The translations under genes and the position numbers were made by a program. A stretch of 64,000 nt of DNA, taken from the NCBI GenBank assembly GCA_958296135.2, contig CATQHZ020000001.1, forward strand, positions 320,001-384,000, read 5' to 3'. The notes beneath the pieces were generated by a model. It saw nothing but the letters and a program-made list of their open reading frames with translations, searched no databases and had not been told where the DNA came from. This DNA comes from an uncultured Poribacteria bacterium. GTDB taxonomy: Bacteria > Poribacteria > WGA-4E > WGA-3G. Below, piece after piece: positions 30,449 to 40,259 of this stretch; position 1 is the first letter of the stretch, and every line of letters begins with the position of its first letter.

Positions 30449-31801
30449 TCAAGCCCACCGCGGGTTTCTGCCGCCGAATCGCTGTTCGCTGATGTTCCAC
30501 AATTCTGATAGCCCGAGCTGCTGAATATGCTCAATGCCCGGAAGACAGGCATCGTTGATGCGTGTGAGCCATCGTTGGAGCTCTGCCTCTAACTCCGCCT
30601 TGAGGTGCTGCGAATTCTCATCGTCAATCAGGTTGTTTAACTGATACGGATCAGTGTGGTTATCGTAAAGCAGCCATCCGGTGCCATCATAATGGCGCGC
30701 GTAGGTGTGGCGGTGTGTGCGAACCCCGCGCCACTCGCGGATACCGGCGTTGAAGCCTTCGCTACCGTGCAACGGAATTTCCAGCAAAACTGACTGCGGT
30801 TCATCAATTGGCTTGCCAAGCATTGCCCCGGAAAGATCGGTGCCTTCCACCCCATCAGGAATGTCAAGTCCAGACAGCGACAACAGACTCGGCATGAAAT
30901 CGACGAGGCTCAGCAACGTTTCACGCGTGACACCTGCTGGAATTTTGCCCGGCCAACGAATCAGGAAGGGGATGCGCACCGATTCGTCCCACGGGCGTTC
31001 CTTTCTGACATGCCCTTGGCTGCCGAGCATATCACCGTGGTCGGACGTATAAACAAGGATGGTGTTCTCGGCGATACCCATGTCTTCAAGCGATGCCATC
31101 AAACGTCCCAGATTCTCATCCAAGGCAGTGATATGCGCGTAGTAACCTGAGATGTCCTGCCGCGTCTGCGGCGTGTCTACTGCATTCGGACGCAGCTGGA
31201 TTTCTTCCGGCGGGTACAGTGCCTTGTAGCGTTCGGAGACATGTTCGTAGGGGTTATGCGGCGGCCCCCAACTCAGATAGAGGCAGAACGGTTCATCGGC
31301 GTGTTCGCGGCAGAATTGAATGGCGCGCGCTGTCTGAAAATCGGGTTCATAGCCTTCAATCTGCATCCGGTTCCCGACGTTATCGTGGTAGGGCGCGTTG
31401 AAATAGTTGTGGTGGCAATTCCAGCCGAGCCACTCATCAAAGCCGAACCGCATCGCCGGCGTGATGAATTTATCCCGCGGCATACCGCCGAGGTGCCACT
31501 TGCCGATGTAGCCGGTAGCGTAGCCAGCAGCCTTGAATACCGCCGCGATGCCGGTTTCAGACAACGGTAACGGCAAATCGTTGGAGACAGCTTTATGGCT
31601 CAAGGGATGCTTGCCTGTCATGAGACACCCGCGCGCCGGCACACACAGCGGGACGTTGGTGAAGGTGTTCGGAAAAAAGATTCCCTCCCGCGCCAGCGTA
31701 TCCATGGCGGGTGTCTGCACCTGACTATTTCCTGCACAGCCGACATCGCATCCGCGGTGCTGGTCTCCGAAAACAAAGATGAGATTGGGTTGACGTTGCA
31801 T
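30449..31801 (-). CDS. Cys-type sulfatase
   Basis: PNLIFVFGDQHR, CVPAR (CxPxR), GYATGYIGKWHL, TSDHG. Confidence 0.95.
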   Translation of the reverse strand: MQRQPNLIFVFGDQHRGCDVGCAGNSQVQTPAMDTLAREGIFFPNTFTNVPLCVPARGCLMTGKHPLSHKAVSNDLPLPLSETGIAAVFKAAGYATGYIGKWHLGGMPRDKFITPAMRFGFDEWLGWNCHHNYFNAPYHDNVGNRMQIEGYEPDFQTARAIQFCREHADEPFCLYLSWGPPHNPYEHVSERYKALYPPEEIQLRPNAVDTPQTRQDISGYYAHITALDENLGRLMASLEDMGIAENTILVYTSDHGDMLGSQGHVRKERPWDESVRIPFLIRWPGKIPAGVTRETLLSLVDFMPSLLSLSGLDIPDGVEGTDLSGAMLGKPIDEPQSVLLEIPLHGSEGFNAGIREWRGVRTHRHTYARHYDGTGWLLYDNHTDPYQLNNLIDDENSQHLKAELEAELQRWLTRINDACLPGIEHIQQLGLSELWNISEQRFGGRNPRWA

Positions 31802-31843
31802 TTTTTCCTCAAATTTCGGGGGGGGGTATAGAAATCCCCCTAA

Positions 31844-32881
31844 TTATTGCATCCACGTATAAATTTTGCGGAGGATACCCTCGCTCTGCGCCCAGAATGC
31901 CCGTTTTAGTGGCGAAACGACTTTCGTATAGTGACAGAAATTGCACCGCTTAGCGCGGTATTGCTCCTTGTGCGCGATTAATCCTTTGTTTTCCGGCGGC
32001 GACGCGCCAAAGTCCATCCAATCGTATCCCGCCTCGCATGCCCACGTGATAATGTAGTGGAAAATCGCGTTGTTTGGACGATATTGCAGAAACGCCGGCA
32101 CAGAAGCCTCGCACCACAGCGTTACCGTCCGATTGAAGTGGAGGTAGAGGAGCCCGGCGATAATCGTGCCATCGTAGGTAGCGACTGCCAGTTTCGCAAG
32201 GTTACGCTGCATTAAAGCACGCATGAGCGACAGCGGTTTCGGCGTGCCGCCCAATCGTCTCACTGTGTTTAGATACATTTCGTAAAAGACTGCGAGTTCC
32301 GCCTCACTCTCTGTATCCGTAACGAGCACCCCCGATTTCTCTGCTTTTCGCACTGCCCCGCGGACGCGTTTATTGTAGGCATGCCAGAGGGAGCCGACAT
32401 CTCCGTTCGTCTGTAAAAGATGCGTGAAATGTTCGGTGCGTTCGTAACCCATTTCAGAGAACATGTCGCCGTATGTTGTGCTGTGCTGCGGCGAAAATGT
32501 CCACCGCCGCTCACACCAACCATTTTCCGTCGATGCTGTCTCAAGATAAGTTTCTATCGCCGCCATTAATTCAACGCGATTAACCTGCACCGAATCGATA
32601 AGATGCATCCCCCCGCATAGGTTCCACGGTAATGAGTGCCACAATTTAATGCCCGGCATCGGTTGAAACACGAACGCCGGCAAACCGCCGATGCCCGTAT
32701 CCTGTTCCTTAACCAACAGATACGCGGGCGTGAGTTGTTTGAAGGCACTGTCCAGCGCGTCACGCCACGCAAGGGACTGGAAGGCGGTGCTTCCGCTGCA
32801 CTGCAGGATGAGCGTGTCCCATCTGTCGCTATTTTGTGTGGTAAGTGGCTCTAGCGTTATTTGTATTTCCTTACGGCGCAT
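31844..32881 (-). CDS. GNAT/FemAB-like acyltransferase
   Basis: RGAVRKAEKSG, YRPNNAIF, WMDFGAS, GLIAHKEQ. Confidence 0.8.
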   Translation of the reverse strand: MRRKEIQITLEPLTTQNSDRWDTLILQCSGSTAFQSLAWRDALDSAFKQLTPAYLLVKEQDTGIGGLPAFVFQPMPGIKLWHSLPWNLCGGMHLIDSVQVNRVELMAAIETYLETASTENGWCERRWTFSPQHSTTYGDMFSEMGYERTEHFTHLLQTNGDVGSLWHAYNKRVRGAVRKAEKSGVLVTDTESEAELAVFYEMYLNTVRRLGGTPKPLSLMRALMQRNLAKLAVATYDGTIIAGLLYLHFNRTVTLWCEASVPAFLQYRPNNAIFHYIITWACEAGYDWMDFGASPPENKGLIAHKEQYRAKRCNFCHYTKVVSPLKRAFWAQSEGILRKIYTWMQ

Positions 32882-33002
32882 TGTGGTGTTCCTGACGTGA
32901 TGGATTGTTTGGGCAAATCTCGTCAGAGGCCCTTTACGGCACTTATGATACCTAAAAACATGCTTTTTTTCAAGTTTTGAATTGCTACTCCCAGAACGAT
33001 TC

Positions 33003-33107
33003 AATCCGCCCATCTGTCGCTCGGGTCTCCTGCTGCGCAGCCTGATTCCGAACCGCTCAAGAGCTGGCTAGCTGTTCTCCCTACGCGGGCGAGTCCCGGC
33101 GTGGATT
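33003..33107 (-). ncRNA. Putative structured RNA upstream of the GNAT/FemAB gene (family unassigned, strand inferred)
   Basis: Nested complementary segments: AATCC(A)CGCC/GGCGGATT, TCGCCCG/CGAGCGA, GAACAGCT/AGCGGTTC. Confidence 0.4.
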
Positions 33108-33147
33108 TTCACGAGTGCCATCAAAAACGGAAAACTAAATTGTCCTG

Positions 33148-33176
33148 TTGCTATTCCCGCGAAGATATGCTATAAT
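33148..33176 (+). promoter_or_regulatory. sigma70 promoter with extended -10
   Basis: TTGCTA, 17 nt, TGcTATAAT. Confidence 0.65.
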
Positions 33177-33215
33177 ACCCATAAAACCCGTTTTCATCCC
33201 TCGCGAGGTTTCACG

Positions 33216-33860
33216 ATGCATACGAACAACGGATTTTCGGAATTAGCGAAACTGATGTTTAAGAATTCAAGCAACGCCGAAAAACTTAAACGGCTCCTCA
33301 CCTCTCAATATTCAGAAGCAGAGCTGGTGGGTTATCTTCAAAGCGAAAACCCGCTCACGATGCGTGCGGCGGCATCCGCGCTCAAACTCATCGGCAACGA
33401 AGAAGTCGTGCCTGCACTAGTCGACGCACTCAAGGACGATGACCTTGGCACCCGCCTTAGGGCCGAAAGCGCGCTGTGGCACATCTGGTCGCGCTCCGGT
33501 GACGCTTCTATCGATAAAATGCTCGACGAAGGCAAATCCCTCCTGAAAAACGAGGCGTATGAAAAGGCCGTTGAACGTTTCACTGAGGTGATTGAGGCCG
33601 CCCCGGAGTTCGCTGAAGGCTACAACCAGCGCGCCATCGCCTACTTTCTCATAGAAGAATGGAGCCAATCCATCCGAGACTGTAAGCGCGCCGTCGCGCG
33701 CAACCCGAACCACTTCGGCGCGTTCGCCGGGATGGGACACGGCTACGTCAGGCTCGGAAGAATTGAAGAGGCAATTGACGCATACAAAAAGGCGTTGATT
33801 ATTAACCCGAACCTTATCTCCATCGCTGAGGCAATTTTACGGCTCCGGGAAGATGACTAA
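33216..33860 (+). CDS. HEAT-repeat plus TPR protein
   Basis: AAASALKLIG...VPALVDALKD HEAT; three TPRs (AEGYNQRA, FGAFAGMG). Confidence 0.85.
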   Translation: MHTNNGFSELAKLMFKNSSNAEKLKRLLTSQYSEAELVGYLQSENPLTMRAAASALKLIGNEEVVPALVDALKDDDLGTRLRAESALWHIWSRSGDASIDKMLDEGKSLLKNEAYEKAVERFTEVIEAAPEFAEGYNQRAIAYFLIEEWSQSIRDCKRAVARNPNHFGAFAGMGHGYVRLGRIEEAIDAYKKALIINPNLISIAEAILRLREDD

Positions 33861-34633
33861 TGCTTGGTTTCCGCCGCTACTCCCTCGCGCTCACGGTGCT
33901 TCTCGCTAGTTTCTTGTCGTGGATAATATATCTCTTGCTAACGCGCGCGAAATTGGGTTCGCCTGCGGAATGTTTTGCCTTCGCGCAAGTGTGCGTTGTG
34001 CTTCTGGCGGCACCTTATCTCGCCGCCTGCGCGAGCCGTACTAAAGTGGTAACGGGCTCAGGCAAACCCATTCTACTAACACTCAGCCCCATCTCAGCAG
34101 GGAACCTTCTCTTAACGCAGCTCGTCACAAGTCAGATGCCGCTCTTGTGCTGGGCGTTTTTATCAACAAGTCTCCTTTTCTTCGTAACGGAGCTGCCGTT
34201 AGTGAAGGCGTTACAGCTGCTCGCCGTGCTCGGGATTTACAGTTTTTCGGCGGGGGCTGTCGGGATGTGGGGTGCGAAGGTTTTTCGGGACACCTTCTTC
34301 GGCGCAGAATTCGCCTATCTCCTATGGGGCGCAACCATTGGCAGTATGTTTTTACTGATACCTTTAGAACGTTATATGGGCAACGTTCAACCGATAATTC
34401 CGCTGGTTCTCCACGCGAATCCGCTGATTGCCGTGTGCGCGATTTTGGGGGAGACAGACATCTTCAGGACCCCGGTGCTCTACGAGTTAACGCCGATTCC
34501 ATCATATCTTTTCGCCTATCCGCCATGGTATCTCGTGTGTTTCTGGCAGGTATTAATCGGGGGAATCTGTCTATTTGGAATTACAAAAAATTCACCAAAA
34601 CTGGCAAGAAAAGACAACGTCTTTTCGGCCTGA
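33860..34633 (+). CDS. Integral membrane protein (ABC-2 permease-like)
   Basis: Multiple hydrophobic helices, NP motif; start coupled to upstream stop (TAATG). Confidence 0.6.
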   Translation: MLGFRRYSLALTVLLASFLSWIIYLLLTRAKLGSPAECFAFAQVCVVLLAAPYLAACASRTKVVTGSGKPILLTLSPISAGNLLLTQLVTSQMPLLCWAFLSTSLLFFVTELPLVKALQLLAVLGIYSFSAGAVGMWGAKVFRDTFFGAEFAYLLWGATIGSMFLLIPLERYMGNVQPIIPLVLHANPLIAVCAILGETDIFRTPVLYELTPIPSYLFAYPPWYLVCFWQVLIGGICLFGITKNSPKLARKDNVFSA

Positions 34634-34691
34634 GAAGACAACCTTTCACATCACAACAGCAGCCAAACAACCGAAAGGAAATACAAAAAAC

Positions 34692-36119
34692 ATGGCTAGG
34701 ACAGAACAACCTATCATTAGCATTTCGGGTATCCGCGGCAAAGTCGGCGTTTCGTTGGATGCGCAGCTCATCACACAGTTTGCGACAGCTTTCGGCACGT
34801 TTGTGGGCGGCAGAACGGTAGTTATCGGCAGAGATTCTCGGACGTCTAGTCCGATGCTCCGGCACGCGGTGCTTGCCGGGCTTTTCGCCACCGGGTGTCG
34901 CGTGATTGACGTTGGGCTCTGTCCGACACCCACCATTCTGCTGATGGCGAAGGCACTTGACGCGCAAGGGTGCGTTACCATCACCGCCAGTCACAACCCC
35001 GTAGAGTGGAACGGTATTGAGTTTGCATCGGCATCCGGAAGGCTTTTAACGCAGGCGGAACGCGACGCATTCGCGCGCATCTATGAATCCGAAGATTTCG
35101 CGCTCGCACCATGGAACGAACAAGGACGGCTAGAAACGTGCAGCGATGCCACGGCGTATCATCTCACGAAGATTTTGAGTTCTCCTTGGATTGAACAAGA
35201 TTTCATCCGAAAAGCGAACCTCAAGGTGGTGCTGGATTGCGGCAACGGCGCAGGAAGCGTTATTAGCCCGACGCTCTTGCGAGAGCTCGGCTGTCGGGTT
35301 GTCGAACTCAACTGTGTTCCTGATGGACACTTCCGTCGGCCTGCTGAACCCACGCCTGATGCGATAGGTGAACTCTGTGAAACGGTGCGCGCCACCCACG
35401 CCGATATCGGGTTTGCGCACGATGGCGATGCCGACAGGCTCGTCATTGTAACGGAACGCGGGGTGCCGCTGAGCGGCGAATGGACGCTCGCGCTCATCAC
35501 CGATTTTATCCTCAACCAGACGAACGGAGATGTCGTCGCAACGGTATCCACAAGTCGGATGTTAGATGATGTCGCCGCGCAACACGGCGTTATGCTCCAT
35601 CGCACGAAAGTCGGTGTCGGCTGGGTGGTGGAGAAAATGCACGAGGTGAACGCGGTTATCGGCGGCGAAGGCACCGGCGGCGTTATTTATCCCAACATCC
35701 ACCACACCACCGATGGCATTGCCTCGATTGCGGCGATTGTGCAACGTCTGGCTGAAGCGCGCTTGAAAAGCGCGTCTACCGGCGATGTGGATGGCACGGT
35801 GACAGCACTGATGGAAAGCCTGCCGCACTATGAGATGTGCAGGAAGAAACTGGAGATACCTTCGCAAGAAATCGCAACGCAGGTAATTGCGCGCGCCGAA
35901 GAAATGTATGCCGGTAGGCAAGCCCTACAGCACTTGAAACTTGACTTGACAGACGGCATCAAACGCATCTGGGACGACAGATGGGTGAACATCCGCAAAT
36001 CGGGAACCGAGCCTGTCATTCGGGTGTTCAGCGAAGCACCTACAGCTGCAGCAGCGGCGGCTCTGTGTGACGAGACGCTTGAGACACTGAAAATGTTAAT
36101 GAAACAAATCCGCCGTTAA
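34692..36119 (+). CDS. glmM: Phosphoglucosamine mutase / phosphomannomutase
   Basis: SISGIRG, TASHNP, DGDADR, GGEGTGG, RKSGTEP. Confidence 0.85.
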   Translation: MARTEQPIISISGIRGKVGVSLDAQLITQFATAFGTFVGGRTVVIGRDSRTSSPMLRHAVLAGLFATGCRVIDVGLCPTPTILLMAKALDAQGCVTITASHNPVEWNGIEFASASGRLLTQAERDAFARIYESEDFALAPWNEQGRLETCSDATAYHLTKILSSPWIEQDFIRKANLKVVLDCGNGAGSVISPTLLRELGCRVVELNCVPDGHFRRPAEPTPDAIGELCETVRATHADIGFAHDGDADRLVIVTERGVPLSGEWTLALITDFILNQTNGDVVATVSTSRMLDDVAAQHGVMLHRTKVGVGWVVEKMHEVNAVIGGEGTGGVIYPNIHHTTDGIASIAAIVQRLAEARLKSASTGDVDGTVTALMESLPHYEMCRKKLEIPSQEIATQVIARAEEMYAGRQALQHLKLDLTDGIKRIWDDRWVNIRKSGTEPVIRVFSEAPTAAAAAALCDETLETLKMLMKQIRR

Positions 36120-36388
36120 CTGCGTTATTTATCACGTGATATGATTGACGCAAAATTGGATTTTGCGGGGAAGCGCGCTTTGATGAAGTTTTCGTATGAA
36201 ATCGGACAATTTTTCCGGTGGGCATGCAGCAACTGTACGCCTGTCGTGCCGAATTGTAACGGCGGATTTCTATATCCGCCCATCGGTTGGAATTACCCGT
36301 TTATTTTTTAATCTTCATCAAGCGCGCCCGGTGCTGGCGCGGTTCAAAACCGCGCCTACCGGATAAGCAAAACGAATAGGAGCGAATT

Positions 36389-37618
36389 ATGGAAGCCTTG
36401 AAACTCGCCTGTATCGGCGGCGGAAGTGGACTGTCGGCACTGCTCAGCGGCATCAAGCACCACGCAGACACACACCTCGGAGACGATAACATCATTGATT
36501 TGGATAACCTGGCCGCAATCGTTACCGTATCTGACGATGGCGGGAGCTCCGGACGCCTCGTCGAAGAGTTTGACGTGCTTCCCCCCGGCGACATTCGCAG
36601 ACTGCTGTTTACGTTATCCGATGCAGATGAACTCGCCGGACTGTTTGAATACCGATTCTCAAGCAACGGCGAACTCGGGGGGCATACCATCGGCAATATC
36701 CTCCTCACGGCATTGACTGAATTGAAGGGCAATTTTCCAAAGGCCATCCAAGCCGCATCCCGGCTCCTCGCTGTGCGCGGCAGGATTATCCCGGTGACGT
36801 TAGACTACACCGTGCTTTGTGCGGAACTCGCCGACGGTGAGATTGTCCGCGGCGAATCGACTATCCCCAAACGGGAGAATCGCGAACCTATCAAGCGCGT
36901 CTTTTTTGAGCGGCGCGAGAACGGGAAGACGCACCATCCCCCTGGCGAAACCTACGAATGCCAAGCACACGAAGAGGCGATAGAGGCACTGCTAAACGCC
37001 GATGTCATTATCATCGGACCGGGAAGTCTCTACACCAGCATCATGCCCAATCTCGTGATTAAAGGCATCGTTGATGCCATCCAACGTTCCAACGCCATGA
37101 AAATCTACGTCTGCAATGTGATGACGCAGCCGGGTGAAACCGATGGCTACGCTGTGACAGACCACGTTAACGCCGTCCTCGGCCACGCAAAAATCGCGTT
37201 GCAATACGTCTTGGTAAATAATCAACCCGCGCCGAATGAGGTAATTCAGGAATATGTGCGGCAGGAACTGCTCGCGCAGTTAACCCGCATCCGGTCGCTC
37301 TCCGAAGAGGGGCTCTCCATGCTTTACGAAAACAAAGCACACCCGATGGACGTGATGAATCTCGCCAAGCACATTTCACTGCTGTCATCTGAGACGATGC
37401 TGGTGGCCGATGCCTCGAAAGTGCAGGTATCCTACAATCCTGAACGCGAAAACCTTGAGGCAGAGGGGATGACTGTCGTTGAGGCAGACCTGATTCGCGA
37501 CATGGTGGTGACAGAAGGCGGCGTTGAAATGAACGTCATCCGCCACGCACCGGAGAAACTCGTCCGCAGCCTCGTTAAAATTATGCGCAATCATGAGAAG
37601 TTAAATGAATCAATCTAA
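36389..37618 (+). CDS. yvcK: YvcK/CofD-family gluconeogenesis factor
   Basis: IGGGSGL, VTVSDDGGSSG, PPGDIR, GPGSLYTS, MTQPGET. Confidence 0.9.
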   Translation: MEALKLACIGGGSGLSALLSGIKHHADTHLGDDNIIDLDNLAAIVTVSDDGGSSGRLVEEFDVLPPGDIRRLLFTLSDADELAGLFEYRFSSNGELGGHTIGNILLTALTELKGNFPKAIQAASRLLAVRGRIIPVTLDYTVLCAELADGEIVRGESTIPKRENREPIKRVFFERRENGKTHHPPGETYECQAHEEAIEALLNADVIIIGPGSLYTSIMPNLVIKGIVDAIQRSNAMKIYVCNVMTQPGETDGYAVTDHVNAVLGHAKIALQYVLVNNQPAPNEVIQEYVRQELLAQLTRIRSLSEEGLSMLYENKAHPMDVMNLAKHISLLSSETMLVADASKVQVSYNPERENLEAEGMTVVEADLIRDMVVTEGGVEMNVIRHAPEKLVRSLVKIMRNHEKLNESI

Positions 37619-38163
37619 AAAAAACGAGGTACATTGTCGCTCCCGCTTCGCAGGCGGAGGCACCGGACAATGAACCTCGTGTTTATGGGTGCTGCGGAAA
37701 GTCGATACCCGCAGTCGTCAGTTGATGTGACATACGTATCCGCCTTCTCATCAAAAGCATCGGATATGCAAGTCTTGACAATGTCAAGACGGCCTGATAA
37801 GACAACATTCTCTGCTCAGGAGTAGCTGAAGAACGCATTGCGAAATACAGAATTAACCGCGTGGCAACTTGGAAGCAGAGATACCTTGGGAAGCAATGTG
37901 AGAAGCGAATCTGTCACAAATCTGTGACACATCATCGATAAAAGCCTCCCAACGGAACTCGTCCTGCTGTGCTTTCGCTATCGCAAGATACAGAGCCAAT
38001 TCGTAGAAACTGGAATGGTTCGTCGACGTATCCTTGGAATGCATGGGATTACCTCCTTCTGATTAACATATTTTACGATATAGGATAAAACGGATGCATT
38101 GCAGAGACGGTTACAACTTTTTTATCAAGTTTCAGTTGATTTTCTTAATTCTCATCTTAAAAG

Positions 38164-38192
38164 TTGACATTTCCCCGTAATTTTTGTATCAT
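38164..38192 (+). promoter_or_regulatory. sigma70 promoter directly abutting the MTase start codon
   Basis: TTGACA 38164-38169, 17 nt, TATCAT 38187-38192; ATG at 38199. Confidence 0.7.
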
Positions 38193-38198
38193 ATCCCC

Positions 38199-39500
38199 AT
38201 GGAAAACAGAGACAACGTTACCAAAATTATCAACGACTTCGGCGAAAGCATTGTCCAAGTGACAGGCGACATTCCGGTCAACTTGCCTGCGAAGGCTGGA
38301 AACCGGTTTTTGTTCATCAGCCACGATCAGCGGTTTCTCACGCACGCCTTGCATAAGTACCCCGCTAAGTTCTTCCCCGAATTGCCGCGCTGGCTCATCA
38401 AGCGGTATTCGGAGGAAAACGAACGCGTCCTCGATCCGTTTTCGGGCAGCGGAACAACCAACGTCGAGGCACTGCTAGCGCGTCGGCATTCTGTCGGCAT
38501 CGATGTCGATCCGTTCTGCCGTTTCATCGCAAAGGTGAAGGTAACGCCGCTCCCAGAAAAGGCATTGCGGGCCGCGCGAAAATCGCTGTTGGATGCCGTC
38601 CTAAGTTACCGCTCCTCCCTCGTCGGTGAAGCAGATCTGCCGGATTTTCCCTACCGTGACAACTGGTTCAATAAGGAAATTCTCTGGGAGATGTCCTATC
38701 TGAAAAAGGCGGTAGCTTCGCTTGATGCCAGCGAAGCGGTGAAGGATTTCTTCCGCGTCTGTTTCTCGTCGATTATCCGAACTGTCTCCAATGCCGATGA
38801 CAACTGCACCCGCACCGTCATCCGGAAGAAACTGAACAAACAGGTCCGGCCCGGCGACGCGCTGAACCGATTCGCGAAAACGGTGCTTGACAAGGTGCCG
38901 AAGATGGTGGCGTTCTCTCAAACCTATCCGCACGGGGTAACTACCGATTTTCCGGCGGATATGGACGCGCTGAATATCCGTTACGAGGAGAATTCCTTTG
39001 AACTCGCGTTGACTTCGCCGCCGTATGTCAACGCCGTTGACTATCCACGCACGCACCAATTGGAGATGTATTGGCTCGGCTTCGCACGCGAATTCTTAAC
39101 CGATTTAAAGAAGCGTAACGTTGGGACAGAAAGTGTCTCGGCTCGCGATTACAAAATGCTGCACGAAACCGGGGTGCCGGAAGCGGATAGCGTTATCGCA
39201 AGCATCTTTGAAGATGACCCGAGGCGTGCGTTCATCGCCTTCAAATACCTTGACGACATGCGGCAGAACCTCGCCGAAGTCTACAAAGTTTTGCGCCCGG
39301 GCGGCAGATACGTCATCGTCGTCGGGAACAATCGCATCCGTGGAAGGCTGTTTGAGAGTTGGAAATATCTCATGCCCATGGCTGAAGCCATCGGGTTTGA
39401 AGTTGAAACTTACTTCGGCTCGGAGATTATTAAGCACTTTATCAAGGTGCCGCGAAGTGAACGTATTAACACCGACTGGATCCTCGTCCTGATAAAATAA
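38199..39500 (+). CDS. Amino (likely N4-cytosine) DNA methyltransferase, motif I before motif IV
   Basis: HKYPAKF, LDPFSGSGTT, TSPPY, LRPGG. Confidence 0.9.
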   Translation: MENRDNVTKIINDFGESIVQVTGDIPVNLPAKAGNRFLFISHDQRFLTHALHKYPAKFFPELPRWLIKRYSEENERVLDPFSGSGTTNVEALLARRHSVGIDVDPFCRFIAKVKVTPLPEKALRAARKSLLDAVLSYRSSLVGEADLPDFPYRDNWFNKEILWEMSYLKKAVASLDASEAVKDFFRVCFSSIIRTVSNADDNCTRTVIRKKLNKQVRPGDALNRFAKTVLDKVPKMVAFSQTYPHGVTTDFPADMDALNIRYEENSFELALTSPPYVNAVDYPRTHQLEMYWLGFAREFLTDLKKRNVGTESVSARDYKMLHETGVPEADSVIASIFEDDPRRAFIAFKYLDDMRQNLAEVYKVLRPGGRYVIVVGNNRIRGRLFESWKYLMPMAEAIGFEVETYFGSEIIKHFIKVPRSERINTDWILVLIK

Positions 39501-39518
39501 GCGTTCGGAGGCAGGAAC

Positions 39519-40046
39519 ATGGCAAACACCGAAGAGAGGGGGAGACAAGCATCTGTAGATGGTTTTGCTCACGAGCATATCGTTGCTGGGATTTTAATGA
39601 AAAGATACCAGAACGTTTCGTTGGTGGACTTACCCCTATCGCCCTATGACATCATCATCGTCCTTCAAGATGCAGAGGGACGTGAGGAGATCATTCGGGC
39701 GCAAGTCAAAACCGCTAGGCAATCTGTCACTTTCACTGGGGGCTCAAGAGGCGGGGTTGATAGAGCCTATAAATCGGGCGTTAAAGCATATACGCAATCC
39801 ACGGTAACTTCAGATGTTGTCATCGGGATTCATCCGATAAGCGATAACGCGTATGAGCTCTATTTTGTTCCGACGGTGCTCATTGAACGTCTGGATCAGA
39901 AGAGCATCTCTATCAACAAGATAAGGGATTTGAAGGAAAATTACGTCATTCTGGAAAACTGCAAGAATGAAGAGTTAATCGTCCAAAAGTGCAAAGAATA
40001 CGGAATCCTTCAAAATTCCATCGTTCAAGGAAGTTTCATAAGTTAG
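39519..40046 (+). CDS. PD-(D/E)XK endonuclease, probable restriction partner
   Basis: G..HE, PYDII...AQVKT motif; more AT-rich; 18 bp after the MTase. Confidence 0.7.
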   Translation: MANTEERGRQASVDGFAHEHIVAGILMKRYQNVSLVDLPLSPYDIIIVLQDAEGREEIIRAQVKTARQSVTFTGGSRGGVDRAYKSGVKAYTQSTVTSDVVIGIHPISDNAYELYFVPTVLIERLDQKSISINKIRDLKENYVILENCKNEELIVQKCKEYGILQNSIVQGSFIS

Positions 40047-40193
40047 TTTGCCTAGCAACGGACGCGCGGGAGCCCATCCAACGCCGGACACCAATCTACG
40101 CGAAAAGGTCTTTGGAAAACTTCGCTCATTGGGGCAATCGGGGCACGGCGAGGGACAGGCCATCGCCCTACGGGCCACGGGATAGCATATTTC

Positions 40194-40223
40194 TTGACTT
40201 GCAATGCATTTTCGTGGTATAAT
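40194..40223 (+). promoter_or_regulatory. Promoter of glnS-gltX
   Basis: TTGACT, 18 nt, TGgTATAAT. Confidence 0.65.
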
Positions 40224-40259
40224 ATCGCGCGTAAACCTTTTTTATCACGGAGACTTGTT

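Noticed and set aside
32990-33125. tRNA, 6S RNA or known riboswitch
   Set aside because: No T-loop/CCA cloverleaf, shorter than typical 6S RNA, no recognised aptamer consensus; kept only as an unclassified candidate
35912-35932. Possible REP remnant in glmM (GGTAGGCAAGCCCTAC)
   Set aside because: Too short and imperfect to distinguish from chance
37853-38044. 63-aa minus-strand ORF with GGAGG RBS
   Set aside because: Possibly a gene remnant, but there is no recognisable motif, so it is not annotated
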